Shown here: one piece after another, positions 35,354-43,864 of the stretch
Layout of the letters: the number at the start of each line of letters is the position of its first letter
Numbering within the stretch: position 1 is the first letter of the stretch
From: Waddliaceae bacterium
GTDB taxonomy: Bacteria > Chlamydiota > Chlamydiia > Chlamydiales > JABHNK01
Reading direction: 5' to 3'
NCBI GenBank assembly: GCA_018694295.1
Contig: JABHNK010000021.1
Span: forward strand, 19,292-83,291
Length of the DNA stretch: 64,000 nt
Program-made: the position numbers and the translations under genes
The notes under the pieces: generated by a model
Seen by the model: only the letters and a program-made list of their open reading frames with translations
What the model was told of the DNA's origin: nothing
The model's database searches: none

Positions 35354-36019
35354 ATGATAATAACAATAGACGGACCAGCAGGAACAGGAAAAAGTACCGT
35401 AGCAAAAAGCGTTGCGGAAAAACTAGGATACACCTTCTTCGACACCGGAGCGATGTATCGTGCTGTAACCTACGGTCTTATAAAAAACAGCATCCCTTTC
35501 AATGACGTCATCGCCATAGAAAACTACCTTAAAGAGTTTCAATATCATATCGAAACTCGCGACGGTGAGAAACACTACTATATCGGCGATGAAGAAGTCA
35601 CAAAACAAATACGATCTCCAAACGTGACGACACATGTCTCTGAAGTGTCGGCAGCGAAAAGTGTTCGAGACGCCATGATGACACTACAACGACGACTAGG
35701 ACATGATGTCGATGCTGTCTTCGAAGGAAGAGATATGGGCAGCGTCGTCTTCGACGATGCCGATGTTAAAATATACCTAGACGCCACACCAGAGATACGC
35801 GCACAACGCCGATATGATGAGCTCGTAAAAAACGACTACAAAAGCGCGCAGTATTTCGATAAAAAGAAAGTTCTCGAAGACATAATACGACGCGATACCT
35901 ACGACTCCTCACGAGAACACTCTCCATTAAAACAACCAGACGATGCTCACTATATCGATACAACAGAACTTTCTATCGAGGAAATCGTTGCCGAGATAAT
36001 AGCGCTATCACAAGGATAA
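35354..36019 (+). CDS. cmk: cytidylate kinase
   Basis: 221 aa. ITIDGPAGTGKST P-loop and GAMYRA motif. Confidence 0.9.
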   Translation: MIITIDGPAGTGKSTVAKSVAEKLGYTFFDTGAMYRAVTYGLIKNSIPFNDVIAIENYLKEFQYHIETRDGEKHYYIGDEEVTKQIRSPNVTTHVSEVSAAKSVRDAMMTLQRRLGHDVDAVFEGRDMGSVVFDDADVKIYLDATPEIRAQRRYDELVKNDYKSAQYFDKKKVLEDIIRRDTYDSSREHSPLKQPDDAHYIDTTELSIEEIVAEIIALSQG

Positions 36020-36055
36020 AAAAAAGAGCAAGAATAACTAATGTATTCTCGCTCT
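36018..36055 (-). terminator. hairpin + T8 terminator downstream of tRNA-Leu (possibly bidirectional with cmk)
   Basis: Minus-strand read AGAGCGAGAAT-ACATTAGTT-ATTCTTGCTCT followed by TTTTTTTT. The stem has 11 bp with one mismatch. Confidence 0.55.
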
Positions 36056-36061
36056 TCGCTT

Positions 36062-36145
36062 TGCGACCAAGATGACTCGAACATCCACCGAGTTGCCCCG
36101 ACTAGAACCTGAATCTAGCGCGTCTACCAATTCCGCCATGGCCGC
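36062..36145 (-). tRNA. tRNA-Leu (anticodon CAG), class II with long variable arm; CCA not encoded
   Basis: Minus-strand read GCGGCCATGGCGGAATTGGTAGACGCGCTAGATTCAGGTTCTAGTCGGGGCAACTCGGTGGATGTTCGAGTCATCTTGGTCGCA. The 7-bp acceptor stem is GCGGCCA/TGGTCGC. The D-arm and anticodon arm are almost identical to E. coli tRNA-Leu(CAG) as I recall it. Anticodon loop TTCAGGT; T-arm GGATG-TTCGAGT-CATCT. Confidence 0.9.
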
Positions 36146-36204
36146 ATTGTGTGATATATCATATAGCAAAAGGTTATTACCCATCAAGGCTCAAAACTCT
36201 CGCC

Positions 36205-36568
36205 CCGAACACCAAACCCCAATTTTCACCACAGAGAACACAGAGCACACAGAGCGCGCCCACTGCGCAGAGCGCGCGCAGCGGACGCACAGCTGTCGCC
36301 ATTGTCATTGATTGTACTTCCTTTCTTTGTTTTCCCTATAGCAAACGTAAAGATACAATCTTACTCTTACGACAATGGCGAGATGGGGCACTGCCGTGTC
36401 CAGGTGATAGGAATAGCGTATAGCGTAGAGTTATAGTTCACCATTTAACGTTCACAGTTCACCGTTCAAAAAAAGGGGTCTGGGGGATTCCCCCAGCCAT
36501 GTCCTTTTTCCTCTCTGTGTTCTCTGTGACTCTGTGGTGAAAAACCCTATTCCGAGCTTCGATTCGAG
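36205..36568. repeat. Family-A MITE-like element, long copy A3
   Basis: Left TIR AATTTTCACCACAGAGAACACAGAGCACACAGAG (from 36221). Right TIR CTCTCTGTGTTCTCTGTGACTCTGTGGTGAAAAACCCTATTCCGAG. Internal hairpin CTGGGGGATTCCCCCAG, TTCACNG-type module and GCGTATAG repeats, plus ~170 bp of extra internal sequence. Confidence 0.75.
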
Positions 36569-36825
36569 AAGGTGTAAAAAGTGCGTATTGGTTTTTCTGG
36601 AAAAAAATGTTGAAATATGAGAGAATTTGAAGAAACACACTAACAACTGATGTTACGCGCTAATCTTGCTTTAGTGGCGTAGTGAAAGGGATGAGATGCA
36701 AGTATTCCGACGAGCCAAGCTCAGATAGAGCTGGGCGAGGAGGAATTCGTAGCAGATCGCCCTTGCAGCACGCCAATAAAGTGATAGTAGCGCGTAAGGT
36801 CAGTAATAACTGAGGAAATGTTCTT

Positions 36826-37140
36826 ATGGCAAATTTAACTGATGTTAACGAAAGCAACTTTGATGAAACAATAGCGTCGGGGACTACAGCAGTAGACTTT
36901 TCGGCAGAATGGTGCGGACCATGCCGTATGATGGGTCCTATCCTTGAAGAGGTCGCCAAAGATATAGAAGGCAAGGCTAAAATTGTAAAGCTCGACATCG
37001 ATGAATCACAAAACAAAGCCCTAGAATACCAGGTGACATCAGTGCCAACAATCATCATCTTCAAAGACGGCAAAGAAGTCGACCGTACTGTAGGCGTCCA
37101 GGATGCCGAGACTCTTAAAAAGCTAATCTTGTCAGTATAA
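36826..37140 (+). CDS. trxA: thioredoxin
   Basis: 104 aa with the WCGPC active site. Confidence 0.9.
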   Translation: MANLTDVNESNFDETIASGTTAVDFSAEWCGPCRMMGPILEEVAKDIEGKAKIVKLDIDESQNKALEYQVTSVPTIIIFKDGKEVDRTVGVQDAETLKKLILSV

Positions 37141-37955
37141 TGACAAAAGAAAAAGAATATGTCGCTATCATCGCTGGTGAAGGCAAGATGCCCGAATTAG
37201 TAATCCGTAATGTCCACAAAGCGGGGAAGAAAGTTCTTCTCATCGCCCTCAAAGGTATAACGCCTGAAGCGCTAGAAAAACGCGCCGATGATGTCGCAAA
37301 AATATATGTAACGCAGGTTGGAAAGGCCGTCACGGCAGCATCGAAATATTGCTGCAAAGAAGTCATCATGGCAGGAAGAGTCCCTCACGATATAATATAT
37401 AATATGCAGCTATGGCGTATGGACCTCACGATGCTTAGACTCTGGTGGGGACTGAAAGACCGCAAAGCCGACACCATCCTCGGCGCTATAGCGGCGGTGT
37501 TCAAAAAGAAAGGCATCACCCTTGTCGAGACGAAGAAATACATCGGCGAATATATCGCAAAAAAAGGCGTTCTCACCGAAACACAGCCCCCAGAGAATAT
37601 CATGGAAGACATACGCTTCGGCGTAGGCATAGCAAAAGAACTCGGACGTGCCGACGTAGGACAGACCGTCGTCGTCAAAGACAAAGCCGTCGTCGCTGTA
37701 GAAGCTATGGAAGGAACAGATCGTTGTCTCGAACGTGCAGGAGAGATAGGTGGCGCGGGGTGCGTCGTCGTAAAGATGGCGAAACCTCAGCAGGATATGC
37801 GCTTCGACCTTCCGACTATAGGGAAGAACACCATAGAAAAACTTATCAAAATCAAAGCAGCAGCCATAGCAATAGAAGCAAACAAAACTATCGTCATCGA
37901 CGACGACGCTATCACCCTCGCACAAAATAACGATATCGCTGTCGTTGCGCTGTAG
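37140..37955 (+). CDS. lpxI: UDP-2,3-diacylglucosamine pyrophosphatase LpxI (DUF1009)
   Basis: 271 aa. IIAGEGKMPELV N-terminus, DVGQTVVVKDKAVVAVEAMEGTDRCLERA and KPQQDMRFDLPTIG motifs, collinear with Caulobacter LpxI as I recall it. Confidence 0.75.
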   Translation: MTKEKEYVAIIAGEGKMPELVIRNVHKAGKKVLLIALKGITPEALEKRADDVAKIYVTQVGKAVTAASKYCCKEVIMAGRVPHDIIYNMQLWRMDLTMLRLWWGLKDRKADTILGAIAAVFKKKGITLVETKKYIGEYIAKKGVLTETQPPENIMEDIRFGVGIAKELGRADVGQTVVVKDKAVVAVEAMEGTDRCLERAGEIGGAGCVVVKMAKPQQDMRFDLPTIGKNTIEKLIKIKAAAIAIEANKTIVIDDDAITLAQNNDIAVVAL

Positions 37956-38282
37956 TCTATATCTCACTAGATATACAAATTAAAATTTCAAGTTTTTAAT
38001 AAAAAACTACTATTTTTTTTATTCTAACGTATGCTATAATGTTTATTAATAATTATAATATGCAGGATTTTTTATGCTTCATGTAATAAGAAAAATTCGC
38101 AGAGAAACAGAAGGTTCAGATGCAGTAGATGCTGCGCCAGCGCCTCTCGTAGGTCTATGCCATGTTCCCTGCGAGGATGAAAAAACTTCAGAACTAGCAC
38201 AAAGACATTTTCAAGAGAACAAGAACCCAAATCTTTAGGGGCGCGTGCTAGAAGAGTTTTTAAAAAGTTTAAGGAAGCTGCA

Positions 38283-39380
38283 ATGGATATGTATGCAACT
38301 GCAATGGATATGTATGCACAGACTAGAGAAGTAGACCTTGCTTGTCATGAAGATTACGACGCTTCTATAGTCCAGCTTTGTAAAATTATAGAGAGCGCAA
38401 AACAATCGTCTTTAGAGGCGATTCATTTTGATATGAAATACGTTGTTTCAGAAGCAAAAAATACAGAGATTAGAAAAGAGACTATTAAAAATTTAAAATT
38501 ATTAGCAGAAGGACAGAATCCGAAAATAAGAGAAGCTGCTATCACGGTGCTAATAAAAGCTGTTTTTTTAGAGATAGATATTGGCAATGGAGTTTACGAT
38601 TTTGATACTCTTATTGAGTTAGCAAAAAACCAAGGCCCTTTACAAGATCCTTTAAATGATGTTCGTATATTAATTGTCGAGAAATTATCAGAAGAGATTA
38701 ATCGTTTAATCATTAGCAGCGACAATTATGAAAATGTCATTAAATCTATTGACTTTATTAAAACGCTAGTGGCAGACCACGGCGAAATGATAATAACCCA
38801 AGGTTTTATAGAAATAGTCACATTTAGTTCTTTTTACTATAATTCAATAGAGATAAGGCATGAAGATAAATGTCCTGACGTGATGATAGAGCTAGCAAGA
38901 AGCGATAATCTGGAGATAAGCAAATCTACTATCAAAGGGCTAGGACGGAGTGCTTATTTTTCAAAATATCAACACAGCCTTATAAATTCTCTTTCTATTA
39001 TAATAAAACTATCAAAAGAAGACGAACTATCAGAGGATGTTCGCACAGAAATTGTCGATGAATTATTAAATGTTGCTTGTTGTTCAAAATATGAAGACAA
39101 CCGTACGAATGCTCTTGAAGCTCTTAAAGAACTCGCAAACAACCAGGACCCAGCGATAATAACCAAAAAATCTAGAGAGAGATTAATATTGTTTTCTTGG
39201 AATGCAAAGGAATTAAAGCATAGCAGGATATTTCTTGAAGTGCTGATAGAGCTCGCAAAAAACCCGAATCCAGCAATAAGCAAACCTGCTATCGTAGGGC
39301 TAAGAAAGGTTACGCAGCATTTAAAAGATAAAGTCCTCATTAACATAGCTATTAAGGCTCTTCAAGACTTTGATGTTTAG
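38283..39380 (+). CDS. AT-rich HEAT/ARM-like repeat protein, candidate effector
   Basis: 365 aa with recurring units (LAEGQNPKIREAAITVLIK; LAKNQGPLQDPLNDVRILIV; LARSDNLEISKSTIKGL; LANNQDPAIITKKSRERL; LAKNPNPAISKPAIVGL). Composition is visibly lower in GC than the flanking genes. Confidence 0.55.
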   Translation: MDMYATAMDMYAQTREVDLACHEDYDASIVQLCKIIESAKQSSLEAIHFDMKYVVSEAKNTEIRKETIKNLKLLAEGQNPKIREAAITVLIKAVFLEIDIGNGVYDFDTLIELAKNQGPLQDPLNDVRILIVEKLSEEINRLIISSDNYENVIKSIDFIKTLVADHGEMIITQGFIEIVTFSSFYYNSIEIRHEDKCPDVMIELARSDNLEISKSTIKGLGRSAYFSKYQHSLINSLSIIIKLSKEDELSEDVRTEIVDELLNVACCSKYEDNRTNALEALKELANNQDPAIITKKSRERLILFSWNAKELKHSRIFLEVLIELAKNPNPAISKPAIVGLRKVTQHLKDKVLINIAIKALQDFDV

Positions 39381-39404
39381 GCTTCTACTCGATAAATGCT
39401 ATAA

Positions 39405-39863
39405 CTATCCGCTAATAATAGTTTCCGTTAATTGGCGCAAGGCTTCGTATACGGCGACGGCGGCGGCGTTGGAGATGTTTAGGCAGCGTGAGTTGTCGAC
39501 CATAGGTATCGTGACGAACTTCTCGGGCCACTTTTCGTAGAAATGTTGCGGCAGCCCTTGCGTCTCCGAGCCGAATATAAGGATATCATCAGACCCATAA
39601 GTAACGTCGGTATAGAGCTTCGTCGCTTTGCTAGAAAAGAAATAGAAATTATTATTTTGTCCTTCGAGATAGCTTTCAAGGTTGTCGATGGTGTCGACGT
39701 TAACGTCATTCCAGTAGTCGAGGCCTGCACGCTTGAGATAACGATCTGAGATGCTGAAACCTAGTGGCTTCACAAGCGTCAACGAAGAACCCGTTACTGC
39801 GCAGGTGCGCGCAATGTTTCCGGTGTTCTGCGGGATGTCAGGCTGAAACAATACTACCTTCAT
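39405..39863 (-). CDS. trmL: tRNA (cytidine/uridine-34 2'-O)-methyltransferase TrmL (SpoU/YibK)
   Basis: I chose internal ATG 39863 (MKVVLFQPDIPQNTGNIARTCAVTG...). SPOUT C-terminal motif IPM..N.RCLNISNAAAVAVYEALRQ. Confidence 0.85.
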   Translation of the reverse strand: MKVVLFQPDIPQNTGNIARTCAVTGSSLTLVKPLGFSISDRYLKRAGLDYWNDVNVDTIDNLESYLEGQNNNFYFFSSKATKLYTDVTYGSDDILIFGSETQGLPQHFYEKWPEKFVTIPMVDNSRCLNISNAAAVAVYEALRQLTETIISG

Positions 39864-39991
39864 AAAAATCTCCCGTATTTTTGTCTTCGTTGAGGTGTCA
39901 TTGATTAACATTTAAAGGTTTAGCATAACATGAAAAACGCTATAAATCTAGCACTGTTTCGTCAAAAAATTACATTGCGCGTCTTGGATAT

Positions 39992-41263
39992 CTACCACTG
40001 ATACCCTTTGCTATCAACAGCTCCGGGAAGTGGAATAGCACGCCTTGAGCGCGTAGTGCGCGTAGTGCACAGAGTGATTTCTTCGTCACCAGACTTTTCT
40101 GCTTTTTTAAAGTCTTGGTTGAGTTGTTCTAGCTGATTTCTTGTGACGTAGTCGAGGCAGGGAATAATAAGAGCAGCGTTCGTCATAGTTACTAAGCTGC
40201 TTATGAGGGCTGTATTGAGATGTAAATTTTTCACCGTATCGGCTATTTTTAATGATATCTTGGCAAACATAATGAGAATTTCTTCGCCTTCGACATTGTA
40301 AGTAGTCTTTTTTATTATATTTTCGATATTAGTGGTCAATGTTTCAAAGACATTTGTTGATTCAATGTAGCCAATTAAAGTTATCATAGCATCGCAGAGA
40401 TCTTCAGCCGTTTGTAGGCACATGTCTGAAATAGATTCTTTAGCCCGTGCTAATTTTACGACATCGGGAAGTGATTGCGCCTTTTGCTGAACAGGCCTCT
40501 CCACTGCTGCATCCGTCGACAGACATAGACTATAACATTCTTGTATGATCGCCATAATTTTGTTGGCTAAAGGTTTTTGGGAGTCCTGAGAAGTAACGGC
40601 CCCAGCTAGAAGAATAAAGGTGTCAATACGCTCTCGTCGTATGGCATTTTCGAGGGGAACGCAATCGCCTGGTTTGTAGAAAATGCTTTTTGTCGGAATC
40701 GCCTTGACGGCTGACAGCTTGATAGAAACGTCGTAATGCGTAGCGAACAGCCTAAAAATCCTGGCAGCTTCTAGGCGGTGGTTCGTGGCGTTTTCGATGT
40801 TGGTGATGTGACTTCCAAGCTCTTGAGTCAACGCTTGGTATATATCATCACGACCTTCTATGTCAGAACAGGAAGCCATAAACCTCGCCATGTTGAGGTA
40901 ACTTCTCGTAAGTTTTTGAGGGTTTTCCGGAAAGCCACTGCGTATGAAACGTTCGCTACAGCGAAGAGTTTTATAATATGCTAAACATGCCCAGGGGCAA
41001 AGAGTGACGAAGGTAGACTGCACACTTATTTTTAAAAGTCTCTCCGACAGTCTGCGGTCTTTGCAGAACTTCACAGACTCCCAGAAAGCAATATGCGGCA
41101 ATAGACACGTCGCCATAATATTAGTAATGCGTTCTAGCGAAGAAGGCTCTACCTTGATGGTGACAAGCTTAGGTTCTTCCCAAACTTCGACGTCACAGCC
41201 GAGATGTCGAAATGTTTCTATGGCGAAACTTTTTGGCGCACTAGAAAAAAAGTTCGGTTCCAT
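39992..41263 (-). CDS. hypothetical protein (no recognisable domain)
   Basis: 423-aa intact ORF between trmL and mip. The C-terminus is basic (TRTTRSRRAIPLPG). Coding is inferred from length only. Confidence 0.45.
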   Translation of the reverse strand: MEPNFFSSAPKSFAIETFRHLGCDVEVWEEPKLVTIKVEPSSLERITNIMATCLLPHIAFWESVKFCKDRRLSERLLKISVQSTFVTLCPWACLAYYKTLRCSERFIRSGFPENPQKLTRSYLNMARFMASCSDIEGRDDIYQALTQELGSHITNIENATNHRLEAARIFRLFATHYDVSIKLSAVKAIPTKSIFYKPGDCVPLENAIRRERIDTFILLAGAVTSQDSQKPLANKIMAIIQECYSLCLSTDAAVERPVQQKAQSLPDVVKLARAKESISDMCLQTAEDLCDAMITLIGYIESTNVFETLTTNIENIIKKTTYNVEGEEILIMFAKISLKIADTVKNLHLNTALISSLVTMTNAALIIPCLDYVTRNQLEQLNQDFKKAEKSGDEEITLCTTRTTRSRRAIPLPGAVDSKGYQW

Positions 41264-41273
41264 TTGCTATCTT

Positions 41274-42044
41274 CTACTCTTCGGCGTCGATGTCGACGAT
41301 TGTTGCGTTGGCGTCAACGACTTCGATGTCGAAGATAAGGAGACTGTTCGGTGGGAGTTGCCCTGCCGTTCCGTATCCCATGTCAGGGTGTATAAAGATA
41401 CGGCGTTTCTCGCCTTGCTTCATACCGACGAGCCCTCTGCTGAAGCCAGGGACCGTTTGGTCTAGCGATAATGTTATAGGCTCTCCGCTGTCGAGCGAGC
41501 TTCCGAATACCGTACCGTCGAGACATTTCCCGGTATAGTGTATTGTCGCTGTGCCGTTTTCGGCGATTTCGGCGCCAGAACCTTCTTCGAGGATGATATA
41601 TTGTAGCTTGCCGGCCTCGATTTCTACGACGTCGTCATTCTCGATGTTCTCTTCCATAAAAGCAACGGCATCAGAAAGGTTGTTTTCAGAAATTTCAAGG
41701 AAGGCGTTTTCCTGGATGACGGTTACCATCGCTTCGTATTCTTCTTCTGAGAGGGGAGGCTCTTCACCGGCGAGGGCATTGTGCATGCCGCGTATTATGG
41801 CGTCGAGGTCAAAGGTGAAACCAGGAGTCTCGAGGTTCTTGGCGATGAAATGTCCGAAAGTCTCGGACACCTTGGCGATGTCGTCATTAGAAAAAGATTC
41901 TTTCTTGGGAACTTGTTGCTCGGAATTGTCGGCGGTATCTTTTGTGACACTGTTGTCGCTGGAAGATCCTGCATATAGGTATAACGTTCCGGACATTAAT
42001 ATTATTATGCCTATAAGGTATGGTACGATTGTTTTTTTTATCAT
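41274..42044 (-). CDS. mip: Mip-like FKBP-type peptidyl-prolyl cis-trans isomerase
   Basis: 256 aa: signal/TM N-terminus, Mip dimerisation-type helix, and C-terminal FKBP domain (IHYTGKCLDGTVFGSS...VPGFSRGLVGMKQGEKRRIFIHPDMGYG). Confidence 0.85.
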   Translation of the reverse strand: MIKKTIVPYLIGIIILMSGTLYLYAGSSSDNSVTKDTADNSEQQVPKKESFSNDDIAKVSETFGHFIAKNLETPGFTFDLDAIIRGMHNALAGEEPPLSEEEYEAMVTVIQENAFLEISENNLSDAVAFMEENIENDDVVEIEAGKLQYIILEEGSGAEIAENGTATIHYTGKCLDGTVFGSSLDSGEPITLSLDQTVPGFSRGLVGMKQGEKRRIFIHPDMGYGTAGQLPPNSLLIFDIEVVDANATIVDIDAEE

Positions 42045-42070
42045 AGGAGAAGTTCCTTCAAGTAATTGTA

Positions 42071-43843
42071 TTAATCTTTAATGGTTATCTTTAGGTCTTG
42101 GAGCTGTATGTCATCGACAGCACTAGGGGCTTCGGACATAAGGTCTGAGGCTTTCTGCGTCTTTGGGAAGGCAATGACATCGCGGATGTTTTCAGTGCCG
42201 ATCATCACCATAAGGAGCCTATCGAAGCCTATTCCTATGCCGATATGCGGCGGTGTTCCGTAGTTTAGAGCCTCGACGAAGAAGCCGAAACGTCCCTGTA
42301 TCTCTTCTTCGGAGAGCTTAAGAAGCTCGAAGATCTTCTTCTGCGTCATCTCGTCGTGGATGCGTTGCGATCCCGAGGCAAGCTCGTAGCCATTGACGAC
42401 GAGATCGTAGCTCAGAGATCGAACTTTCGTAGCGTCGCTGTCGAGAAGATGGGCGTCTTCGGGATGAGGCGCTGTGAAAGGATGATGCTCGCTGTCGAGA
42501 CGCTCTTCTTCGGCGTTCCACGACATAAGAGGGTAGTCGGTGACCCATAAGAATTCATACTTTCCTGCTTCGATGAGGTCACGGTCTTTGGCAAGACGAC
42601 GACGTAGGTGGTCGAGAGCCTGGTTGGTCCTATTTTTTTCGTCGGCGACGATGAAGATAAGGTCTCCGGGGGCGATGTCGAGAGCGTCGATAAGCTCCTG
42701 CTGAAGACCCTCGTCGAAGAACTTAACTATACTGGAAGTAAGGACGCCTTCATCATTACGCTTCATCCAAGCCAGGCCTTTTACGCCGAACTCCCCGACG
42801 AAGGCAGTATATTCGTCGATCTGTCGGCGTGAGATGTTAGTGCCGCCTTTGACACACAGACCTTTGACGGTATTTCCACCTTTGAGGTTCTCGAGGAATA
42901 TCGAGAAAGTCGACCTCTTGGCGATATCGTCAAGAGTGATGAGCTTCATACCGAAACGTAGGTCAGGCTTGTCGGTGCCGTACGAACCAATACATTCGTC
43001 GTAGGTGAGCCTTTGAAAAGAACCGCCAATAGTGACTCCTAAACTTTTGTCGAAGATCGTAGCAACAAGGCCTTCGATAATATCGAAGAGCTCTTCGGTA
43101 GTAGAGAACGACATCTCCATGTCTATCTGTGTAAATTCTGGCTGCCTGTCAGCACGAAGGTCTTCGTCGCGGAAACATGGAGCTATCTGGAAATATTTGT
43201 CGAGGCCAGAGACCATAAGTAGCTGTTTGAAGATCTGCGGCGACTGTGGAAGCGCATAGAACGAGCCAGGATATATCCTCGAAGGAACAAGATAATCGCG
43301 AGCGCCTTCAGGAGTAGACTTCCCAAGGATAGGAGTCTGTATCTCCATGAAACCCTTAGAGTCGAAGAAATTCCTTGTCGCAAGCATAGCACTATGACGC
43401 AGGGCAAGGTTTTTTATTATTCCACCACGGCGGACGTCAAGGTATCGATAACGTAGGCGTAGCTCTTCGTTGACGTTTATTACCTCGTCACAAACGGAGA
43501 ACGGTGGCGTCTTGGACTTCGACAACACAGCAACGTCACTAACCTCTACTTCGATGTCACCAGTGTCAAGGCTGGAGTTCGCCATGCCGTCGGCACGGGC
43601 GATGACGGTGCCTTTAACGGAAACAACCCACTCGGAACGGAAAGTTTCGGCAATAGCATGACGTTCTTTGTCGACTTCAGGGTCGAAGACCGCCTGCGTG
43701 AAACCATATCGGTCTCTGATATCTATAAAGATAAGACCTCCAAGGTTGCGATGGAGATGTACCCACCCAGAAAGCGTTACCTCTTTGCCGATGTCTTCTT
43801 TGCGAAGCTCTCCACAAGTATGTGTTCTGCGATAGTCAAACAT
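42071..43843 (-). CDS. aspS: aspartyl-tRNA synthetase
   Basis: 590 aa: OB anticodon-binding N-terminus, class IIb motifs (FRDEDLRADRQPEFTQID; GSQRIH; GIGIGFDRL) and bacterial GAD insertion. Confidence 0.9.
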   Translation of the reverse strand: MFDYRRTHTCGELRKEDIGKEVTLSGWVHLHRNLGGLIFIDIRDRYGFTQAVFDPEVDKERHAIAETFRSEWVVSVKGTVIARADGMANSSLDTGDIEVEVSDVAVLSKSKTPPFSVCDEVINVNEELRLRYRYLDVRRGGIIKNLALRHSAMLATRNFFDSKGFMEIQTPILGKSTPEGARDYLVPSRIYPGSFYALPQSPQIFKQLLMVSGLDKYFQIAPCFRDEDLRADRQPEFTQIDMEMSFSTTEELFDIIEGLVATIFDKSLGVTIGGSFQRLTYDECIGSYGTDKPDLRFGMKLITLDDIAKRSTFSIFLENLKGGNTVKGLCVKGGTNISRRQIDEYTAFVGEFGVKGLAWMKRNDEGVLTSSIVKFFDEGLQQELIDALDIAPGDLIFIVADEKNRTNQALDHLRRRLAKDRDLIEAGKYEFLWVTDYPLMSWNAEEERLDSEHHPFTAPHPEDAHLLDSDATKVRSLSYDLVVNGYELASGSQRIHDEMTQKKIFELLKLSEEEIQGRFGFFVEALNYGTPPHIGIGIGFDRLLMVMIGTENIRDVIAFPKTQKASDLMSEAPSAVDDIQLQDLKITIKD

Positions 43844-43864
43844 AGAAATTTCTGTTTCCTTGAG

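Noticed and set aside
36655-36795. Assigning the trxA-upstream hairpin to SRP (4.5S) RNA or 6S RNA
   Set aside because: The apical loop is AGATA rather than a GNRA tetraloop, and the conserved SRP domain-IV motifs (GGAA...AGCA/GGAAGCAGCC-like) are absent. At 140 nt it is short for 6S, and I could not identify a central bubble. I kept it only as an unassigned structure.
37410-37967. 185-aa minus-strand and 161-aa plus-strand Arg-rich ORFs overlapping lpxI
   Set aside because: The LpxI frame has specific family motifs; the alternatives are Arg/His-rich nonsense frames.
38075-38238. 54-codon ORF (MLHVIRKIRRETEGSDAVD...) upstream of the HEAT/ARM-like gene as a severed N-terminus
   Set aside because: It is in a different frame from 38283-39380 and separated by a stop. 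I have no homologue to show that the two were once continuous, so it could equally be random.
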